In this document: piece by piece, positions 48,321 through 55,810 of the stretch
How positions within the stretch are numbered: the stretch's first letter is position 1
Layout: the number at the start of each line of letters is the position of its first letter
From: Williopsis jadinii
Lineage: Eukaryota
Assembly (NCBI GenBank): GCA_024346625.1
Contig: AP024664.1
Location: 1,488,001-1,552,000 of the forward strand
Direction of reading: 5' to 3'
Length of the DNA: 64,000 nucleotides
The notes under the pieces: model-generated
What the model was told of the DNA's origin: nothing
The model's database searches: none
What the model saw: only the letters and a program-made list of their open reading frames with translations
Made by a program: the position numbers and the translations under genes

Positions 48321-48540
48321 GTTCTTTCCTTTTTTGGATGCTGAAAGTTTGTATGGAGTGGGCGGTTGTTAAAGTTTTGCGTGGTGGTTGTCCCCTTTGG
48401 CGTTATGTCACCATGGTAACCATGTAGACTCCAACTTTAACGCTTTGTTGTTGTTGAGGCAAAGCTACGCGCTTCTTAGAAGAAAACAAAGACAATCAAC
48501 TAAATGTTACATCAATGTAGACAACGCTTCAGACACAACC

Positions 48541-50598
48541 ATGGGAAAACGGAAACATGAAATGATTGAAAGCGCTGCAAAGGTTTTGGCTCTACTAAAC
48601 GAGGCAGGAAGAGATTTTAAGAGGTATCGCTCGCTCGTAATGGAAACCTCTGAATCTCTTGAAATATACGAAAGTGCTCTACTTAAACTTGAGAGTCTGT
48701 ATCGTTCACAAATCAGGACGACCTTGGCACAGGATCTCGAGTTCAGAGCCGCAGCAGATGCTCTTCTTGCTGAGAGTGAAAAGGATTCTGTACAACCTAA
48801 ATCATTTCTGCTTGACCCACATGACTCTTTGGATTTTAGGCTCTTAAACGAGCAGGAAACTATGTCGTGTTTCAGATTCAGTCAGATGGAGATTAGGGCA
48901 CTGTCTTGTTACATTAAGTTTCCTAATGTTGTACTTCACAATCGAAATTCTGGCACTGTGGATAATCTTACTGTTTGGAAGGTCATTCTGAGGTATGTTA
49001 TGCTAGCTATATTCCTGTTTGGGTTTTTATATGATACTAACAAAACCAGACGATTATCGTCGACATCGACATATGAACAAATTGCTCGTGATTTTGGCTG
49101 CAATGAAACCAAAATCAAAACAATTTTCAATCTAGCCATAGACTACCTTGCTGCAAAGGTATACAAGAAGTTGTATTTGGACCTTGGAGCTTTGACTGAG
49201 GAAACCTTGAAGAATAGTGCAGATGCGATATATAGAAAAGTGAGCCAACGTCAAAGAGATAAAACAGATGCAACAGAGACTGTAAGCTTTGATACCAAAA
49301 CAGTGGCACAATTGCTTGGTGGTATCAATCAACCAATCAACCGACCTACTACCATTCATGATGCGTACTTTGGTCCAAAGGGATATTCCTTAAAATATCA
49401 ATGTGCTGTTAATGCAGAAGGATTCTTTACTCACTTGTCACTGGCAGTTGGCGGATCCACTCAAGATGCAACCATGTTAGAACAATCCAAACTACTTGAT
49501 ATGATGAGAACTGTCAAATTGTTTCGGGGAATACCTCCACCTCTTTACCCGATTTACGGTGATAAAGGTTACACGGATGGCTTGTCAGATCAGATGCTCT
49601 CAAGTTTGAAAATTGACAAATCTCACAGACTTTTGCAAACAACAAATGATGTTCTAACATCAATAGATCGAACACAGCATAGTGATCAATCACAGGAGTC
49701 GTCCGATGTTGATTGCTCGAGAGCAAATGACTACGCTGCTTTCGTTCAGAATGTACTGGACAATATGATATCGCAAGGTCGCGATCCTGCACAGATGACG
49801 GAGCAGGAGAAAGAGGAGAGTAATTACGTATCTGCCTCTGGTCGTATTGGAGTTGAATGGGCTTTCAGTATACTTGAGAATACGTTTCCTTTTGTTGTGG
49901 ACAAGCGCTCGAACGATCTCTATAGATCTGAACTTTCTTCCCAGTTTATTGTTTCCGTTTTCCTACTAAATTTGATGAACTGCTTCAGGCCAAATCAAAT
50001 TGCGCAGTACTTCAAACCTGAGAAGAAGAAATCAATTGAAGAATACCTTGATGATATTGACCTTCGTCCTAATCACTGTGAGCTTGTTTCTTCGAAGGTT
50101 AATTTTGGTTCTAAATTGCGCATTTTCAAGAACCAATACGACACAGGAACAGAACTTCAAGAGAGTGACAATTGTTATATCGTTATAAATCCACCGGAGG
50201 GCATGTCCATCGAGGCTAGAGAGAAAAGGTACTCATTGTTATCTGAGAAAACTACAATGTCAGACGATGTGCTCACATTTCATAAGATCGTCAGTGAGTT
50301 TCACAAGACAACAGTTTTGAGAATATTCGATACGCATAAATCATCAAGCAACAATCTGCAAGGTACCAATCCTATACAAAGACGCACAAACCTAGCGCTA
50401 TCAGATCACGACAGGATGAATGATGTATCTGCTACAACGACTGCCGGATCAAGACTCACACGAGAGATGATTGAACAATTTACTCCTACGCAAGTCCAAG
50501 ACTTCTTCTCTGTTGTGACTGACAAAGATAACGGAATCAACTACAACTCCGAAGACAACAAGAAGTTTTTGGAAAGTCTTAACTTCTACATGTATTAA
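48541..50598 (+). CDS. PIF/Harbinger (DDE_Tnp_4, HARBI1-like) transposase-like protein; 57-nt intron at 48993-49049; 666 aa spliced
   Basis: FRFS, HTH region ILRRLS..TYEQIARDFG, P.NRP...YFGPKGYSLKYQCAV, GSTQD, YGDKGY, RIGVEWAF.IL and NC..PNQIAQYF..IEEYL follow the family motif order. First ATG at 48541. Confidence 0.85.
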   Translation: MGKRKHEMIESAAKVLALLNEAGRDFKRYRSLVMETSESLEIYESALLKLESLYRSQIRTTLAQDLEFRAAADALLAESEKDSVQPKSFLLDPHDSLDFRLLNEQETMSCFRFSQMEIRALSCYIKFPNVVLHNRNSGTVDNLTVWKVILRYVMLAIFLFGFLYDTNKTRRLSSTSTYEQIARDFGCNETKIKTIFNLAIDYLAAKVYKKLYLDLGALTEETLKNSADAIYRKVSQRQRDKTDATETVSFDTKTVAQLLGGINQPINRPTTIHDAYFGPKGYSLKYQCAVNAEGFFTHLSLAVGGSTQDATMLEQSKLLDMMRTVKLFRGIPPPLYPIYGDKGYTDGLSDQMLSSLKIDKSHRLLQTTNDVLTSIDRTQHSDQSQESSDVDCSRANDYAAFVQNVLDNMISQGRDPAQMTEQEKEESNYVSASGRIGVEWAFSILENTFPFVVDKRSNDLYRSELSSQFIVSVFLLNLMNCFRPNQIAQYFKPEKKKSIEEYLDDIDLRPNHCELVSSKVNFGSKLRIFKNQYDTGTELQESDNCYIVINPPEGMSIEAREKRYSLLSEKTTMSDDVLTFHKIVSEFHKTTVLRIFDTHKSSSNNLQGTNPIQRRTNLALSDHDRMNDVSATTTAGSRLTREMIEQFTPTQVQDFFSVVTDKDNGINYNSEDNKKFLESLNFYMY

Positions 50599-50655
50599 TG
50601 TATATGTTATCTTGATAATCATATCTTTATTGGTTTGGAAAATAGTTGTTTTATA

Positions 50656-52288
50656 TCAGCTACTATCTTCCTCGTCAAAGCGCTCTATCACACTGTGCAG
50701 GAGTTGTATCACTTTGTCGAGTTTTTCTTCGATTCTTTTCTGGTTGGAATCCAGCTCCCGTTTCAAATCAGATGTAGCGGAAAGAATGCTCGTCATTGCT
50801 TGCAGAGGAGCCATTGGTGCTTTCGGGTCAATCACCAGACCGTAACCACCACAACTTCCTTTTATAGTACTGATAACCTCATCGATATCTTTTTGATCAA
50901 CATTTTGAAGCCCTGCGATCTCAAACATCATGCATTTATCAATACATCTTTTTAGTGACCTGTCATAATCTGGGATACAGATATTACGGAAGTCATCTAA
51001 TCCATGGGCTGTGAAGGAGAACGCATCCAAACCATCCATCCGTGATTTATCGTTAATATCATAAACACCCATCACTTTATTCTTAAGGTCTTCCAATGTG
51101 ATTTTATGTCTCTCCGAGAAAGCAGTAATATCTGAACAAGTTTCAGTTGGACTGGATGACAATAAAGCATCATCATTACTAGGAGCACCTTCTTTACTCT
51201 TCTTCCATTTAATAAATTTATCAGCTTCCCTTTCTGCATAGGCATTGGTACCATGCCGAATTAATTCACGGGAAGTTCTGTTGAGTTCGATAGTTTTCCC
51301 TTCTAAGAAGTAGCGGTATAATCTCAAATCCTGCACGATTCTGGAAGCAATATCTTCCAATGGCGTTTCAAAGTTTTTGTGGGTATATCCAGACCACAGT
51401 CTTTCTTGATCATCATGGGTTTCAGTAGCTGCAATAGAAGGTTCTCGTCTTCTTGTTACACCATTTGTAGAACGAACAACAACCATCCTCGATTCTGGTT
51501 TAATGCCGAGAAGTTCTGGAGTCGCCCCACCATGTTGGATCAACCACCGAAACAAATTGCTCCGTAAAGTTTGACGCGTGAGCTTCACCCTTGGATTGAA
51601 GTTCTTGTTGTATAGATTTGTAAGTTGCTCCAACACTGCCTTTTCATGATGTTTGACATTGGAGACCGGTAAGAATAATCTCAACTGTAAAACACCTCTG
51701 AAGATGAAAAGTTTGGCTGCAAGGAGATGACGTCCCACACCAAAAGAAAACCGATTAGTTATATCGGAGTTGTCAGTTGATTCAGATTCAACAACTGGTC
51801 CCCCCATCTCAGAGATATGTTCAGCAACTTGACTTTTGACTTTGATTCTCTGACGCACCAGCATCCTCATGTTGATCCTCGCTGCTCTCTGATGTGACAG
51901 GAGCAGAAGAGGAAGCACGTTGGTTCAGCATACTATCTTGACGTTCTTGACCGGACACTGGAAGAACAGCTGGTGATGATTCACTGTGAAAAGAGTTCTG
52001 AACACCACTTGAGCTAGTGCCAGTCTGACTGTAACTACCACCGGAATGTAAAACTGTCGGTGTTTGATACACACTATTGGAACTTATCGGCGAACATTCA
52101 TCAGAGATAGAAGCGTGGATATCTTCACTTTGAAGTACATTCTGATCCAAAGAGCCTAAAGGAACTCTTAGAGAGTTGGCGTGCGATGTATATCGTGGCT
52201 TTTGAATCTTCGATGCTATTGGTGGTCGAGAAGTTCTTGTACTCACTGACGGGCCATATTCAACCATTTTCCATTGTAGCTCTCTCAT
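50656..52288 (-). CDS. Putative Harbinger partner (ORF2) protein: S-rich N-terminus, possible trihelix/Myb-like segment, C-terminal coiled coil; 1-nt frameshift at 51834-51837; start uncertain
   Basis: Two overlapping ORFs join as ..ENQSQ|SQVAEHISE.. if one base is removed (543 aa from the ATG at 52288). The stop is 57 bp from the transposase stop. The function is inferred from position. Confidence 0.55.
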
Positions 52289-52713
52289 CTTGCGTTCAAG
52301 ATCTATTTGTAGTTGTCTTCTCAGCAAAAAAGGGGGTAGGTGTGAACAATGTAAACAATCCAAACTTCAACAATGCTGATTTCGTACTCCATTATTCAAA
52401 ATTAAGTTTTATCTTACATGAACTTGCGTTTTTGATTACGTAATATGAAGACTTTTTTCCTAATGTGGAAAAGGCTTCGAACCTTGACTACGCAGTCGAA
52501 CGAAAAGAACGTGTCTCCTGCCTATGACCTGATTCGGCCAAAAAAAAAGAAAGAAAAGCGCTCTACAGTGTGGGTGGGACTAGTCCTTAGTATCTTTTTT
52601 CTTGAAAAACAAAGTCCCGAGACTTGGGACTAGACTAAGCTGTTGATAAAGCCAAATTCTAACCAAACATCATTAACACTCAACAGTACTAATTGGCAAT
52701 GTGTATATAGCTC

Positions 52714-53628
52714 CTAGTCACTGTCACCAGCGATATCATCATCTCCTTCACCAGACGTTTCTGTTATCTTCTCATCGTCAAGATCTGAGCCAGACTCAAT
52801 GACTTGTTCGTCGTCATCATTAATACCCACAAGTTCAACGTCATCCACCTGCTGATCAGCATCTGCCATAGGCTCGTCCTCTATGCCCATGATCCTCTTG
52901 ATTGCGTTGAATTTGGCAACCTTCTCCTTATAGCTCTCGGTCAATGCCTTTATAGACAGTGTATACTCATCAACACTGTGCTGAAGGTGCTGCTGAAGCT
53001 GTACGAGCTCTGGCACTGGCCGTGAAACATCCGCATTCAATGAATACACAGCATCGTCTCCAGTCCCTGTCTGAACCAGTGACTCCTTTACCTTGTCGGA
53101 ATAGTCTCCAAAGTGTTTGATTAATTCGTCCTCTTTGAATTCAACCTTCACTTCTCCGCTGAAATTACCAATGTAGTTGTTGATCTCTTCTATCTCTTTC
53201 TTCTTCTTTGAAAGCTCGTTTATACACTTCTTCGCAGTGAACAGGATCGTCGTCAGCTCCTCACGTTTCTTCGAAATCGTGGAATCACTCAATAGATTGG
53301 TCAAGTCCTGATAGTCTTGTACCACCCTACTGTACCTAATCATCGAATGCTCAATACTGGTCTTCGCCATGGAATACTTCTCAATTAGAGAAACACGTAG
53401 CCTCTTCAGATCCTCAACACTTATATCCGGTGCATCATTGCATAGCACACCGAGTTGGATGTCATTGATGTCGATAACACTCTTTACAAATACCGTCGTC
53501 CCTTCTGGAAGCATACGCTGCGGTTCAATACGGTTGTGAAGTACTTTATCTTCATGACAAATGTTAGTAACACGATTAATATCGCTATCAAGAGAAAACA
53601 CACCTTTTTCCGACTGTCTTAGTGCCAT
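52714..53628 (-). CDS. MFT1: THO complex subunit Mft1-like
   Basis: Helical protein with an acidic tail. Weak similarity by eye to Mft1 (INNYIGNFSG.., DVSRPVPEL..SYKEK). It occupies the MFT1 position next to PIF1 and OGG1. Confidence 0.6.
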   Translation of the reverse strand: MALRQSEKGVFSLDSDINRVTNICHEDKVLHNRIEPQRMLPEGTTVFVKSVIDINDIQLGVLCNDAPDISVEDLKRLRVSLIEKYSMAKTSIEHSMIRYSRVVQDYQDLTNLLSDSTISKKREELTTILFTAKKCINELSKKKKEIEEINNYIGNFSGEVKVEFKEDELIKHFGDYSDKVKESLVQTGTGDDAVYSLNADVSRPVPELVQLQQHLQHSVDEYTLSIKALTESYKEKVAKFNAIKRIMGIEDEPMADADQQVDDVELVGINDDDEQVIESGSDLDDEKITETSGEGDDDIAGDSD

Positions 53629-53781
53629 GATAATTGATGATTGCTCTTTATTGATATTAAGGCTCTGTTCGCTGTTAAGCTTCTTCAACACCTTACTTCG
53701 GGTCGTAATTTTTTTTCCCTCCTAACCACTCGAGAACATACAATAAATACATTTGCAAAGGGTGGAATATATCTGATCAGA

Positions 53782-55773
53782 ATGACTTCACCACAGGACT
53801 TTGAAGCTCTTGTAGTCCTTGTTGATCTCATAGTGGATGGTGATTTTACCAATGTACGAGAATTGCTAAGGGTTGCGCCTTTCGAGAAGAGAATTGTCCT
53901 TCAAGCGTTGTTGAGCTATACTCCACCATTGACTCCTTCACAGGAATTGCTATTCCTCGATGAATGGCTCAAATTGCCAAAATCTGACGCTGTTGACATC
54001 CCAGCGTCTCTTACTGATGACCCTATCGCATTGCAAAGCTTGGATCTATCACCAGAGGTGCTAGAAGTGAGACTGACCGCTGTTGTGGACAAACTGAACA
54101 AAGATGGCACGCTGTACGGACTGGACGACACCACAATGATATCCTTTATCAAATCTCGTGCTAGGAAGTTGGATGCATCAAGCTTACTCGATTTTGAGGA
54201 CGTTCTTCTTCACTCTGTTAAGAAAGATACTCAATTCAGTCAATGGAACTCTGCAGTGTTGGTCCCCTTGCATTACCTAAGATCAATAACGACAGCTGAA
54301 GATATTAGCTTATCGCAGTTCGAAGAGTTGAAAACAGAGGAACGAGTAGAGTTGATTCTTGAAACTCTTAGAATCACGGGAACTCAGCAACTACAACCGC
54401 AATTCATTACATATTTGACATCGCTGGATCGTGATATCTTGTTGAAACTGATACACCCAGTGGTTGATCATGATGAGCTCATATTGCTCAATCAGGTTAT
54501 CAGTTTGTTATTCTCAGAGGTAGAGCACAAGGATGACGCCATAAGTGCTATCCTTGAAGTGTTTTACAACTTCAACTCCCCAGATTCGAGAATATTAGAT
54601 TCTATCTATAGCACACTAAACGTGATGAAGATGAGTACTGCAAATGGATCAGTTGAAAGGGCATTACACATCGTAAAGTCAACAATGGAGTACCCACTAA
54701 AGTATGAGACACTGGGTGATTTGGAGAAAATATCCAACGATTATAAGCTACAGCTTTCAAAATTTGAGTCAATTACAGACTCAGCATCGAGAATGGAGAT
54801 GAGGCAACTCCTTGCACATTTCAACTTATTAAAGCAGGCTATATTCCCGGATCTGGATAGCACAAGTACAAAGAGACTTATACTGGATAAACTACTCTCA
54901 TTGAAACTGTATGATGATTTGGATGTTGAAGCGTCAGATGAACCAATAATCATCCAACATTTTTGGGACTGTTTTAAAACGGCAACCAATGGTTCAAAGG
55001 ACCGTGGAGAGCTGTTCAACGCCTATCAATCATTGAATATAATCACTCCAAGATCAAACCAAGTTGAAAAGCTTTTAACATTTGTGGATGCCGTGGATAA
55101 ACTGTTCCACTATTCAATCTACTTCAAAAGGGGAACACCATTCAAACCAGTAGACTTACTTACTGTTGACGTCAGAGAATTAGTGCAAAAGATACTAGAG
55201 TTGAATGACGGTGCATATACTGATCCAGATGGTCTGCACGACTTGTTAACCCAACTATCCCATGGTCTTCCAGAGAGCTCCTTCCCTTCAAAAGAAGAAA
55301 TAAGATGCTTGTGTATCGATTCTTCCCTTGCGCATGGTGATTTTGACTATGCATATGATTTGGCATCATCAACTATCATGTCTTCATCTGAGGTGCTTCA
55401 ATCAGAACACTGGTATACATGGTTCCAAGTGGCCAAGTATGTCTCTCCGGAATGGCTGGAGACCGAGATTCCTGAGTCTATCATTGAAAAGCAACTCTCT
55501 CTGCTATCCCAAGTATTATTGATTTGTCCAATCCAACATTCCCAGGTGGTTATCACTCAATGGAAATCGCTTGACATGGACCTTGCACTGAGAGAGGAAA
55601 CGTTACCTGTACTTGACAATCAACCTCAACAACCTCAATCTAGAAGTTTAGAGTCTAGATTGGCCAGAGCATTGAGTTCTACTGCAAATGAAATCATGCA
55701 AGAAGGTAACGGTGCACCAATCAAAAATTTACTCTCCAATGGCCTGGGATGGATGAAGAACTCCATTGGTTAA
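53782..55773 (+). CDS. SEC39: Dsl1 tethering complex subunit Sec39
   Basis: Alpha-solenoid-like sequence with HFWDCFKTATNGSKDRGEL, CIDSSLAHGDFDYAY and WFQVAKY. Syntenic with MRPL4 and LSM3. First ATG at 53782. Confidence 0.85.
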   Translation: MTSPQDFEALVVLVDLIVDGDFTNVRELLRVAPFEKRIVLQALLSYTPPLTPSQELLFLDEWLKLPKSDAVDIPASLTDDPIALQSLDLSPEVLEVRLTAVVDKLNKDGTLYGLDDTTMISFIKSRARKLDASSLLDFEDVLLHSVKKDTQFSQWNSAVLVPLHYLRSITTAEDISLSQFEELKTEERVELILETLRITGTQQLQPQFITYLTSLDRDILLKLIHPVVDHDELILLNQVISLLFSEVEHKDDAISAILEVFYNFNSPDSRILDSIYSTLNVMKMSTANGSVERALHIVKSTMEYPLKYETLGDLEKISNDYKLQLSKFESITDSASRMEMRQLLAHFNLLKQAIFPDLDSTSTKRLILDKLLSLKLYDDLDVEASDEPIIIQHFWDCFKTATNGSKDRGELFNAYQSLNIITPRSNQVEKLLTFVDAVDKLFHYSIYFKRGTPFKPVDLLTVDVRELVQKILELNDGAYTDPDGLHDLLTQLSHGLPESSFPSKEEIRCLCIDSSLAHGDFDYAYDLASSTIMSSSEVLQSEHWYTWFQVAKYVSPEWLETEIPESIIEKQLSLLSQVLLICPIQHSQVVITQWKSLDMDLALREETLPVLDNQPQQPQSRSLESRLARALSSTANEIMQEGNGAPIKNLLSNGLGWMKNSIG

Positions 55774-55810
55774 CTACAATTTGTTTCAATTGATATGTTT
55801 TTGTCCCTAA

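Larger units (their letters stand above)
48225..52640. mobile_element. PIF/Harbinger-type two-gene element or domesticated derivative; boundaries approximate, no TIR or TSD found
   Basis: A transposase-like gene plus a convergent partner gene between conserved host genes CAT8 and MFT1, with short repeats on both flanks. Confidence 0.65.

Noticed and set aside
48388..48540. TTG-initiated N-terminal extension of the transposase ORF
   Set aside because: Non-ATG start in a eukaryote. The same applies to the track starts for FCP1, SEC39, ATR1, MFT1, NAB6 and the protease.
52321..52392. Short ATG ORF (MEYEISIVEV..) as a first exon of the partner gene
   Set aside because: No convincing donor or branch point; left unresolved.
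48087..52560. Possible TIR pair: GGCTTCGTCTTCTCTTTTTTGGGCC (about 48087) versus GGCCAAAAAAAAAGAAAGAAAAGCG (about 52536)
   Set aside because: Low-complexity match with mismatches and no target-site duplication.
48223..52654. Possible TIR pair TGGCTTT / AAAGCCA
   Set aside because: Only 7 bp of identity and no TWA duplication; expected by chance.
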